Of a stretch of DNA of 64,000 nucleotides, positions 1 through 8,669 are shown piece by piece; positions within the stretch are counted from its first letter, which is position 1, and each line of letters begins with the position of its first letter. The position numbers and the translations under genes are program-made. Source of the stretch: an uncultured Spirochaetaceae bacterium (lineage in GTDB: Bacteria > Spirochaetota > Spirochaetia > Sphaerochaetales > Sphaerochaetaceae). Location: contig CAZHNE010000001.1 in the NCBI GenBank assembly GCA_964533775.1, forward strand, positions 3,781 to 67,780, read 5' to 3'. Under the pieces are notes generated by a model. The model did no database searches, was not told the origin of the DNA, and saw only the letters and a program-made list of their open reading frames with translations.

Positions 1-593
1 GAACTTCCCTTATGGCTTTAGCAGTAAATAATATGGTAAAAATATATGGTGGTGATTTAGCAATTGCCGCATTTGGTATGGTTAATAGACTTCTAACACT
101 AGCTTTAATGCCAATATTTGGCATGAACCAAGGTTTACAACCAATTATAGGGTACAACTTTGGTTCTAAGAAATATGGAAGAGTCAAAGAGGCGTTACGG
201 ACAGCGATAATGATAACAACAGCTATGGGACTTTTCTTTTCTGTATCAGCATTACTCTTTCCAAGAACATTGTTAAAGATGTTTACAACAGATCCTGCTT
301 TATTAGACCTTGGAGTGGTAGCTTTAAGAATAATTATTTCGGCATTAATTTTATTAGGCTTACAATCTTGTGGAACAACTTATTTTCAAGCGATTGGGAA
401 AAGTGTTCCTGCTATATTACTAGGAATGAGCAGGCAATTTATAGTTTTAATCCCGTTAGTTATAATACTTCCTAGGTTTATAGGTTTAGTAGGAGTTTGG
501 ATTGCTTTTCCTGTAGCAGATATATTAGCAGCCTTGGTTACCGCTCTTTGGGTTGTTGTAGATTTAAGAAAGAGTAACCTAAAAGAACAATAG
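1..593 (+). CDS. MATE family efflux transporter, C-terminal part (5' end outside window)
   Basis: The frame is open from the window edge. The polytopic membrane sequence resembles a MatE repeat (MPIFGMNQGLQPIIGYNFGSKKY). The ATG at 12 is internal. Confidence 0.75.
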   Translation, partial: TSLMALAVNNMVKIYGGDLAIAAFGMVNRLLTLALMPIFGMNQGLQPIIGYNFGSKKYGRVKEALRTAIMITTAMGLFFSVSALLFPRTLLKMFTTDPALLDLGVVALRIIISALILLGLQSCGTTYFQAIGKSVPAILLGMSRQFIVLIPLVIILPRFIGLVGVWIAFPVADILAALVTALWVVVDLRKSNLKEQ

Positions 594-663
594 GAAAAAT
601 AAATACTACTTAAATAGTTTTTTGTTGGCTTGCTCTAAGAGAGAAAATATCTTTGAATTTTAA

Positions 664-1722
664 TTAAGATTTTCTAGGAGAAGATGTTGTTTCTCTTTTA
701 ATTAGTTTGCTTTTATAATCACTTCTAGTTACTTGCAAATTGTCTTCATTCTTTTCATGATCACTTATCTTACTCGCTATTAAAGACATTGCTTTTTCTC
801 CTCTTTGGAATATTGAGTGCTCGATTGTTGTTAGTTGTAAAGAAGCGAACTTAGAGGGGAATATATTGTCAAAACCACATACACTATAGTCTTGAGGAAT
901 TAAAAAGTTATTATCCTTAATTGCATTCATAATTCCATAAGCGACCATATCGTTAATACCTACCATAGCTGTTACATCTTTATGCTCTGTTAAACAAATA
1001 TTTGCTAGTTTATATCCTGTAAAATACTCAATATCTGCAAATGATATTTCTTCTTCAGGTAAAATGTTTTGGCTTAATACAGTTATCTCTGGAAGGTTAT
1101 GTTTTTTAAAAACATGGTTTAGCCCTTCTAGTCTTTTTGTTCTTGCTGTATGAAATTCATTTAAACTAGTTGAAATATAAGCTATTCTTTTGTGACCTAA
1201 CTCAATTAAATGTTGAGCAACTAATTTGCCGGCATCAAAATTGTTGATATTAACAGTGTCAAAATCAAAATTACTTTCTCCATCTCCAACAGCGACAATT
1301 GGAATGTGCTTGCTAAGCTCTTGAACGGGTTTTATTTGCTCGGGTATCATTGAAAAAATAATACCTGCAAAAGGATATCTAGAGAAAGTTTTTAAACTAT
1401 CCCTTTCAATTGCAATATCCCAGTAAGTTGTCTTAATCAATGTTCGAAGTCCTAATTCAATTGCTTTATGCTCCATGCCTTGAATTAGAGTAGAATAATA
1501 TGGGTTATATACAGAAGGGCAAATAATGAGAATTATTTCCCCTACGATAGAAGAATGTTTTTTATTAGTGTAATATAAAGATTTCGCTGTTGTTTTTACA
1601 AGATTAATTGTTTCTTGTGGAAACCTATTTAGTTTTTTCCCAGATAAAATCATTGAAACGCTAGCCGTAGACAAATTTGTAGCTTTAGCTATATCTGAAA
1701 GAGTTGTGCGCCGGTTTTTCAT
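664..1722 (-). CDS. LacI family transcriptional regulator
   Basis: N-terminal HTH (TLSDIAKATNLSTASVSMILSGK) followed by a periplasmic-binding-fold sugar-sensor domain. Divergent from the TRAP operon. Confidence 0.85.
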   Translation of the reverse strand: MKNRRTTLSDIAKATNLSTASVSMILSGKKLNRFPQETINLVKTTAKSLYYTNKKHSSIVGEIILIICPSVYNPYYSTLIQGMEHKAIELGLRTLIKTTYWDIAIERDSLKTFSRYPFAGIIFSMIPEQIKPVQELSKHIPIVAVGDGESNFDFDTVNINNFDAGKLVAQHLIELGHKRIAYISTSLNEFHTARTKRLEGLNHVFKKHNLPEITVLSQNILPEEEISFADIEYFTGYKLANICLTEHKDVTAMVGINDMVAYGIMNAIKDNNFLIPQDYSVCGFDNIFPSKFASLQLTTIEHSIFQRGEKAMSLIASKISDHEKNEDNLQVTRSDYKSKLIKRETTSSPRKS

Positions 1723-1881
1723 TTTATTCTCCCTATTAACTTTATAATAAACCAGTTATTGAAATATAACAATCTTTTAAACAAAAAAATTAAACAGAAA
1801 ATTAAACAAAACCTTGCAGTCAATTAAAAAAAATTACTTATCATAAGATAACGAGAAAAGGTAAATATTAAAAAATTTAGC

Positions 1882-1910
1882 TTGACAACGCCATATACAC
1901 CCCTTAATAT
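1882..1910 (+). promoter_or_regulatory. Sigma70-like promoter for the TRAP operon
   Basis: TTGACA (1882-1887), 17-nt spacer, TAATAT (1905-1910), about 95 nt upstream of the dctP ATG. Confidence 0.5.
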
Positions 1911-1967
1911 GGTACAAAGTACTTTAGAAAACTTAAGGTATTTTATAATTTTATTTGTTAATAACAA

Positions 1968-1988
1968 AAACTGTTTAAGAAACAGTTT
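1968..1988 (+). promoter_or_regulatory. Perfect 9-3-9 inverted repeat in the dctP 5' UTR (candidate LacI-family operator or RNA hairpin)
   Basis: AAACTGTTT-AAG-AAACAGTTT lies between the predicted -10 and the AGAGGAG RBS. Confidence 0.35.
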
Positions 1989-2008
1989 AAAAAAAAGAGG
2001 AGAAAACA

Positions 2009-3025
2009 ATGAAAAAATCAATTTTCTTAGTTATGTTATTGGGAGCTTTATTAATAACCCCAATGTTTGCAAGTGGACAACAGGAAGCTGTATCTGATGA
2101 AGACTATAAGCTTGAATTAAAAATGAGCCATGTATTTGCTCCAAATGAACAACTAACAAAATCATTAACAATTGTTGTTGATAATATTAAAGAGAGAACA
2201 AATGGTGCAATTGACATTCAACAATATCCACAAGGACAACTTGCAACTTATAAAGATGGTGTAGAACAAGTTGCTTTAGGTGCAAAATTTATTTCTGTTG
2301 AAGACCCTTCATATTTGGGTGACTATGTTGCAGATTTTAATGCTTTAGTTGGGCCAATGCTATATAGCAATTTTGATCAATATGAATACTTGATTAACAC
2401 TGACGTAGTTAAAGCCATGGTTAATGAAGTTGAAGAAAAACATAGAATTAAAGTTCTTGCTTTAGATTATATCTTTGGTTTTAGATCAATGATGACAAAC
2501 AAAGTTATTAAAACTCCAGCAGATCTTAATGGAATGAAAATTAGAACACCAGGTAGCCAACTCTTTATTGATACTCTTAATGCAATGGGTGCAACAGCAA
2601 CATCATTACCATTCTCAGAAACAATTAGTGCTGTTCAACAAGGTGTTGTTGATGGTCTAGAAGGAACAGTTGATGCTTATGGAACAAACGGTAGTTCTGA
2701 AGTTGCTAAGAAAATGGCATTAACAAATCACTTCTTAGGTACTTGTGGTGTTTATATTAATGCAGATTTATTTAATAGCATTCCTGAAAAATATCAAGTA
2801 ATCATTGAAGAAGAGTTTACAAAGGGCGCTAAACAAATGATTTCAGAAATAACAAAGAACTATGAAACAGCTAAAGCTAACTTAGAAGCTCAAGGCATTG
2901 AGTTTAATGAAGTTGACCATGAAGCATTTGTAGAAGCAGTAGCTCCTGTATATGAAAACATGAAAGGTGTAACACCTGGAATTTTAGATATATTCAAAGC
3001 TGAACTAGCTAAAATGCCAAAATAA
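2009..3025 (+). CDS. dctP: TRAP transporter substrate-binding protein (DctP family)
   Basis: Signal peptide MKKSIFLVMLLGALLITPMFASG. DctP-type core (GFRSMMTNK...DLNGMKIRTPGS). Followed by the Q and M subunits. Confidence 0.9.
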   Translation: MKKSIFLVMLLGALLITPMFASGQQEAVSDEDYKLELKMSHVFAPNEQLTKSLTIVVDNIKERTNGAIDIQQYPQGQLATYKDGVEQVALGAKFISVEDPSYLGDYVADFNALVGPMLYSNFDQYEYLINTDVVKAMVNEVEEKHRIKVLALDYIFGFRSMMTNKVIKTPADLNGMKIRTPGSQLFIDTLNAMGATATSLPFSETISAVQQGVVDGLEGTVDAYGTNGSSEVAKKMALTNHFLGTCGVYINADLFNSIPEKYQVIIEEEFTKGAKQMISEITKNYETAKANLEAQGIEFNEVDHEAFVEAVAPVYENMKGVTPGILDIFKAELAKMPK

Positions 3026-3043
3026 GGTATTAGAATTGAATAT

Positions 3044-3068
3044 TAGGCTGTTAATTGTTAACAGCCTA
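3044..3068 (+). terminator. Intercistronic hairpin after the binding-protein gene (partial terminator or mRNA stabiliser)
   Basis: TAGGCTGTTAA-TTG-TTAACAGCCTA with a T-run a few nt downstream. Sits between dctP and dctQ. Confidence 0.4.
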
Positions 3069-3093
3069 AATTATTTTTTTAATAGGGGTTATT

Positions 3094-3588
3094 ATGAAGG
3101 GTTCATTTAAAAATGTCTTGGCTAATTTAGAAGAAATTGGCTCTGGCTTTTTTCTTATTATTACAACTGTGTTAGTTTTAATAAATGTCTTTTTAAGATA
3201 TTTTTTAAATATGGGAATTGTCTGGTCAGAAGAAGTAGCAACAGGTTGTTTTGTTTGGAGTGTTTTTTTAGGATCAGCTGCATGTTATAAAAGGGGCAAG
3301 CATGTTGGTGTTGATATGTTGGTAAAAAGATTTTCACCAAAAGTTCAAACAAGAATTGATATAGCGATTAATATTGTTTTATTAATTATTAACAGCTCTT
3401 TTACATTAATTGCTGTTCGATATTTACAAGTATCAGCAAGAAAGCCAACCCCTGTATTAGGAATATCTTCCGCATTTATTAGTTCATCTATTTTTGTTAG
3501 TTTTTTAATAATGACATTACATACTATCAATTTTTTAAAAAATGACATTAAGACAATTATAAAAAATAAAAAAGGAGGTGCTCAATGA
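3094..3588 (+). CDS. dctQ: TRAP transporter small permease (DctQ)
   Basis: 164 aa, about 4 TM segments, positioned between dctP and dctM. Overlaps dctM by 4 nt. Confidence 0.85.
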   Translation: MKGSFKNVLANLEEIGSGFFLIITTVLVLINVFLRYFLNMGIVWSEEVATGCFVWSVFLGSAACYKRGKHVGVDMLVKRFSPKVQTRIDIAINIVLLIINSSFTLIAVRYLQVSARKPTPVLGISSAFISSSIFVSFLIMTLHTINFLKNDIKTIIKNKKGGAQ

Positions 3589-4880
3589 TAGCTTTTTTAC
3601 CCATTATATTAGTCTTTCTCTTATATTTTTCTAGTATTCCGATTTCTTTTGCATTATTTGGGTCCACTCTTTTTTATTTTGGTTTAATTGACCAAACATC
3701 ACCTGTAGCTTTATTGTTACAGAAGTTTGTAACAAGTACCCAATCTTTCCCTTTACTTGCTATTCCTTTTTTTGTTATGGCTGGATCCATAATGAATTAT
3801 AGTGGTATTAGTAAAAGGTTGATGCAGTTTGCTGATGTTTTAACAGGGCATTTACCTGGTGGGTTAGCTCAAGCTAATGTACTTCTCAGTATGTTAATGG
3901 GAGGTGTCTCAGGCTCTGCTAATGCTGATGCAGCTATGCAAAGTAAAATGTTAGTTCCAGAAATGGAGAAAAGGGGATATGATAAATCCTTCTCAACAGC
4001 AATTACAGCCGCTTCCTCAGCAGTAACTCCTGTAATTCCTCCAGGAATTAATTTAATTATTTATGCATTAATTGCAAGTTGTTCTGTTGGTAGAATGTTT
4101 GCAGCTGGTTATTTACCAGGTCTTTTGATGACACTATCCTTAATGGTAACAGTTCATTTAATTTCAAAGAAAAGAAAGTATGTTGCTGTAAGAGATAAAA
4201 AAGCGTCATCTAAAGAAATATTCAAACAAGGTATTGATTCTATTTGGGCATTGCTTTTCCCTTTTGGTATTATCATGGGGTTAAGAATCGGATTATTCAC
4301 TCCTTCAGAAGCTGGAGCAGTTGCTGTATTGTATTGTGTAGTTATTGGTAGATTTGTTTATAAAGAATTAAAAAAAGAAGATTTTATTCCAATAATGAAA
4401 GAAACAATTTACGGTACTAGTGCAGTAGTTTTAATTATTGTAGCTGCAAATATATTTGGATATTATTTAAACTGGGAAAGAATTCCACAAATGATAACAA
4501 GCTTTTTACTAGGTGTTACAAACAATAAGTATTTAATGCTGTTGTTGTTTAACATATTATTGTTATTAATAGGAATGTTTATTGAAGGTGGAGCAGTTTT
4601 AATTATTTTAGCTCCATTACTAGTTCCTGTAGCAACATCTCTTGGTGTTGATGTTATTCACTTTGGTTTAATTTGTATTGTTAATATTATGATTGGTGGT
4701 TTAACACCTCCTTTTGGATCTATGATGTTTACTACTTGCTCAATAACAGGTTGTGAGTTACAAGATTTTACAAAAGAAGTTATACCTTTTATTGGAGCAT
4801 TATTAGTATCACTGATGTTAATTACTTATCTTCCAATTATAACGCTAGTACTACCAAACTTAATTTATGGCGTAGTGTAA
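3585..4880 (+). CDS. dctM: TRAP transporter large permease (DctM)
   Basis: 431-aa polytopic protein with typical DctM sequence (PFFVMAGSIMNYSGISKRL..). Confidence 0.9.
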   Translation: MIAFLPIILVFLLYFSSIPISFALFGSTLFYFGLIDQTSPVALLLQKFVTSTQSFPLLAIPFFVMAGSIMNYSGISKRLMQFADVLTGHLPGGLAQANVLLSMLMGGVSGSANADAAMQSKMLVPEMEKRGYDKSFSTAITAASSAVTPVIPPGINLIIYALIASCSVGRMFAAGYLPGLLMTLSLMVTVHLISKKRKYVAVRDKKASSKEIFKQGIDSIWALLFPFGIIMGLRIGLFTPSEAGAVAVLYCVVIGRFVYKELKKEDFIPIMKETIYGTSAVVLIIVAANIFGYYLNWERIPQMITSFLLGVTNNKYLMLLLFNILLLLIGMFIEGGAVLIILAPLLVPVATSLGVDVIHFGLICIVNIMIGGLTPPFGSMMFTTCSITGCELQDFTKEVIPFIGALLVSLMLITYLPIITLVLPNLIYGVV

Positions 4881-4893
4881 TGGAGGAATGTAG

Positions 4894-5832
4894 ATGTTAA
4901 TAATAGGGCATAGAGGGTGTAGTTATAGTGGATATAATCAAAATACAATTAGAAGTTACAAGAAAATAATAGACCAAGGAGCTAAGGCTTTTGAGTTTGA
5001 TGTTCAAATAACTAAGGATAATGAACTAGTAGTTGTTCACAATTTAGATTTAACTAAAGTTTCTGATGGTTCTGGTTTAGTGGCAGAGAAAACTTTAAAA
5101 GAAATTAAAAATTTTCACGCTGGTAGTATCTCAAATGGTCTAGATTCTATTCCAACATTAACTGAGGTACTAGATATGGCATCTTCTTATAAAAAAGAAG
5201 ATAGAGCTGTACTTCATTTAGAGTTGAAAGGTGATAACACTGGTGAATTAAGCGGAAAGCTTGTAAAAAGTTTTATTGATGCAAATAAATTAGATAGCGA
5301 TGATTTTTTAATAAGTTCTTTTAATTGGGCAGAATTAGAAGAAATGAGAAAGGTTGTACCAACTTTAAAAATCGCACTACTAGATGGAGCAATAAGAAGA
5401 AAAGAATTAGCTCCAAAACTAGAATCTGATGAATCAATTTTTTCTGAGATTTTTGCATATGGGGAAGAAGATTACATGCTTCCCTTCTCTTCTAATTTAG
5501 AAGAAGCAATAGATGTTGTAAATCAAAAAGTAAAAATCGAGAATGATAGAAAGATTTTGGTAGAAGAAGTTAAAAAAGCTTTAACTGGTCAATATTACGA
5601 TGATTCACTAATTGAAGCTGCTTTAAATATGAAGGCATTTTCAATTAACTTATGGTTCAAAACAGTTTCAAAAGAATATATTGAGAAGGCTCATAAAAAA
5701 GGTCTTAAAGTATTTTTGTTTACTGTTAATGAAAAGAAAGATATTGATAGTGTAAAAGACTTAAATCCTGATGGTATTTTTACAGATTATTATCTCGATA
5801 CGAAAACTTATTATGAAAGTTTAAACACTTAG
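4894..5832 (+). CDS. Glycerophosphodiester phosphodiesterase (GDPD family), cytoplasmic
   Basis: MLIIGHRGC...FEFDVQITKDNELVVVHN GDPD signature. No signal peptide. 13 nt after dctM. Confidence 0.85.
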   Translation: MLIIGHRGCSYSGYNQNTIRSYKKIIDQGAKAFEFDVQITKDNELVVVHNLDLTKVSDGSGLVAEKTLKEIKNFHAGSISNGLDSIPTLTEVLDMASSYKKEDRAVLHLELKGDNTGELSGKLVKSFIDANKLDSDDFLISSFNWAELEEMRKVVPTLKIALLDGAIRRKELAPKLESDESIFSEIFAYGEEDYMLPFSSNLEEAIDVVNQKVKIENDRKILVEEVKKALTGQYYDDSLIEAALNMKAFSINLWFKTVSKEYIEKAHKKGLKVFLFTVNEKKDIDSVKDLNPDGIFTDYYLDTKTYYESLNT

Positions 5833-5876
5833 AATAAGCTCTATATGAACAGATGGAATAATGTAATATAATCCTG

Positions 5877-5925
5877 AGGCTTGTTTCCTATATTTATGAT
5901 AGGAAATAAGCCTTTTAGTTTTTGT
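5877..5925 (+). terminator. Rho-independent terminator ending the TRAP-GDPD operon
   Basis: 15-bp stem AGGCTTGTTTCCTAT / ATAGGAAATAAGCCT (one G-U pair), 7-nt loop, then a TTTTAGTTTTT tail. Confidence 0.7.
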
Positions 5926-6021
5926 ATTTATCTTATCTAACTATTACATAAGGCTTAGTAGCTTTCTTTTATATTTCTATTGTTTTATGGTTTTTCAAAA
6001 TAAATAATACATTATTAATCG

Positions 6022-6049
6022 TTACAATTTGCCTATTTTAGGCTATAAT
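6022..6049 (+). promoter_or_regulatory. Sigma70-like promoter
   Basis: TTACAA, 16-nt spacer, TATAAT. This places the TTG at 6054 too close to the -10 to be a plausible start and supports the ATG at 6081. Confidence 0.45.
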
Positions 6050-6080
6050 AAAGTTGTTGAATTTAATTACTGGAGGTTGT

Positions 6081-7055
6081 ATGAAAAATATAGGTATTTT
6101 AGGATTAGGAAATATCGCAAGAAAAATGGCAAGCACTGTTAATTTAATGGATGGTGTAAATTTATATGCGGTCGCTTCAAGATCGTTAGAAAAAGCCCAA
6201 GAGTTTAAAGAAAAGTATTTTGCTCAAAAGGCATATGGCTCTTATCTCGAATTAGTACAAGATGAAAATATTGATTTGGTATACATAGCTACACCACACT
6301 CTCATCACGCTGATTTAATCAAATTGGCAATAAACAATAACAAACCAGTATTATGTGAAAAGTCATTTACTACAAATTTAAAAGAAGCAAAAGAAGTTAT
6401 TGCTTTAGCAAGAGAGAAAAATGTTTTCTTAGGTGAAGCTATATGGACAAGATATCTTCCTTCTCGGTTTATGATAGACCAAATATTAGAGAGCGGAGTT
6501 CTTGGTAATATTAGTTTAGTTGAATCAAATCTTGGTTATAAGGTTGCAGATAAAGAAAGAATATATAAAAAAGAATTAGCTGGAGGAGCTCTTTTAGATT
6601 TAACAGTATATCCAATTAACTTTACATGTATGTTTTTAGGTTCAGATATTAAGAAAATTAACTCGACAGTTGTTCACATGCACAGTGGTGTAGATGGATT
6701 AGAAACTGTTACTTTTGTCTATAACGATGGTATAGTAGCAAACTTTACTGCCTCTGTTTACTCAAACCTTAGTAAAAAAGGCTTCATTTATGGAACTAAA
6801 GGATATTTAGAAATTGAAAATATTAACAATCCTGAGAAAATAAGCTTATATGATGAAAAGGGTGAATTAGTAGAAGAGATGCTACCACCACAACAACTTA
6901 CAGGTTTTGAATATCAAGTACAAGCTTGTTTAGACGCTATAGACGAAGGTGCTATTGAACCTAAACAAATGCCTCACAGTGAAATTTTGAGAATGATGGA
7001 AATCATGGATGAATTGAGAAAAAGCTGGAAAATAACATTCCCATGGGAAGAATAA
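6081..7055 (+). CDS. Gfo/Idh/MocA family NAD(P)-dependent oxidoreductase
   Basis: MKNIGILGLGNIARKM Rossmann N-terminus and the EKSF motif. GGAGG lies 4 nt upstream of the ATG at 6081 (the track start 6054 was rejected). Confidence 0.85.
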   Translation: MKNIGILGLGNIARKMASTVNLMDGVNLYAVASRSLEKAQEFKEKYFAQKAYGSYLELVQDENIDLVYIATPHSHHADLIKLAINNNKPVLCEKSFTTNLKEAKEVIALAREKNVFLGEAIWTRYLPSRFMIDQILESGVLGNISLVESNLGYKVADKERIYKKELAGGALLDLTVYPINFTCMFLGSDIKKINSTVVHMHSGVDGLETVTFVYNDGIVANFTASVYSNLSKKGFIYGTKGYLEIENINNPEKISLYDEKGELVEEMLPPQQLTGFEYQVQACLDAIDEGAIEPKQMPHSEILRMMEIMDELRKSWKITFPWEE

Positions 7056-7133
7056 ATTGAGATTAAAAAGTAGAGAAATTGCCAATTAAAAACATTCATA
7101 AATTATGACTATATATTAAAGAGGAGGACTTTA

Positions 7134-8648
7134 ATGAAATATATTGGTTCACTAGATCAAGGGACAACTTCAACACGATTTATAATTTTTAACTCTTATG
7201 GAGATATTGTAACATCGCATCAAGTAGAGCATAAACAGATATTCCCAAAACCAGGCTGGGTTGAACACAATCCATTAGAAATTTGGAAAAACTGTGAAAT
7301 ATGTATAAAAAAAGCATTAGAAAAAGCTTTTTTATCAGGATCTGCTATAAGCGCTATTGGTATTACTAACCAAAGAGAAACAATAGTTGCTTGGAATCCT
7401 AAAACAGGACGTCCTTATTATAATGCTATAGTCTGGCAAGATCTTAGAGGCTCAGATTTTATGGAAAGCCTAGAGGAGAAAGTTGATGCAACTTGGCTTG
7501 CTCAAAAATCAGGATTAAGACTTAGTCCTTACTTTGCAGTTAGTAGAATAGTTTGGTTACTTGATAACATTCAAGGATTAAGAGAAGCATGTGATAAAGG
7601 CGATGTAATATTTGGAACAATTGATACTTGGCTAACTTGGAATTTAACAGGTAAAAAAGCTTTAGTAACTGATGTAACAAATGCATCAAGATATGCCTTA
7701 ATGGATATTAACTCTTTAAAATGGGATGATGAGTTGTTAGAACTTTTTAATGTTCCAAAAAACAGTTTACCAAAAATAGTTCCCTCTAGTGGAGAAATTT
7801 ATGGTTATACTGAAAAGACAGGCCCATTAGGTGCTAAAGTCCCTGTTTGTGGTATCTTAGGTGATCAACAAGCTGCTTTATTTGGTCAAGCTTGCTTTAC
7901 TGAAGGACTTGGAAAGAGCACATATGGAACTGGTTGTTTTCTTCTTGTAAATACTGGAGAGAAAGCATATATTTCTGAAAACGGATTATTAACAACTGTA
8001 GCTTATCAAATAGGTAATGAAAAACCAAAGTATGCACTAGAGGGCTCTATAGCTGTTGCCGGAAGCTTAGTTCAATGGGCACGAGATAATTTAGAAATAG
8101 TATCCTCTGCTCAAGAGTTAGATCAGTTAGCAGAAAGTGTTAAAGATAGTGGTGGTGTTTATATAGTGCCAGCATTTAGTGGTTTGTTTGCTCCATATTG
8201 GAGAAGTGATGCTCGTGGAGTTATTGCAGGATTAACCGGTTTTGCTACAAAAGCCCATTTATGTAAAGCTATATTAAACGCAACAGCTTTCCAAGCTTAC
8301 GATATTTTCCAAACTATGGAAAAAGACTCTTCTATACAAATGAAGGTGTTAAAAGTAGATGGAGGGTTAACAAATAGCCGACCATTAATGCAATTCCAAG
8401 CCGACTTGTTAGGTATTCCCGTTATTAGACCAAAAGTTGTTGAAACAACAGCTTTAGGAGCAGCTTATGCCGCTGGAATTAGTGTGGGGATTTACAAATC
8501 AGTTGACGAACTAAGCAATCATTGGAAGGAAGAGAGAAGATGGACTCCTGCAATGAGTGAAGAAGATAAAGATATTAGAGTAAAAAAATGGAAGAAGGCT
8601 GTTTCAAAAACACTTAACTGGGTTGGCAATGATGAGGTTAGCTTGTAA
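7134..8648 (+). CDS. glpK: Glycerol kinase
   Basis: LDQGTTSTRFIIF and other FGGY-family motifs over the full 504 aa. Strong AGGAGG RBS. Confidence 0.95.
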   Translation: MKYIGSLDQGTTSTRFIIFNSYGDIVTSHQVEHKQIFPKPGWVEHNPLEIWKNCEICIKKALEKAFLSGSAISAIGITNQRETIVAWNPKTGRPYYNAIVWQDLRGSDFMESLEEKVDATWLAQKSGLRLSPYFAVSRIVWLLDNIQGLREACDKGDVIFGTIDTWLTWNLTGKKALVTDVTNASRYALMDINSLKWDDELLELFNVPKNSLPKIVPSSGEIYGYTEKTGPLGAKVPVCGILGDQQAALFGQACFTEGLGKSTYGTGCFLLVNTGEKAYISENGLLTTVAYQIGNEKPKYALEGSIAVAGSLVQWARDNLEIVSSAQELDQLAESVKDSGGVYIVPAFSGLFAPYWRSDARGVIAGLTGFATKAHLCKAILNATAFQAYDIFQTMEKDSSIQMKVLKVDGGLTNSRPLMQFQADLLGIPVIRPKVVETTALGAAYAAGISVGIYKSVDELSNHWKEERRWTPAMSEEDKDIRVKKWKKAVSKTLNWVGNDEVSL

Positions 8649-8669
8649 ACTATTTACATAGGGGAAATT

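Noticed and set aside
1824-2097. Small ORFs (65 and 71 aa) in the LacI/dctP divergent region
   Set aside because: They overlap the predicted promoter, UTR palindrome and the dctP start. They have no RBS and a non-protein-like composition.
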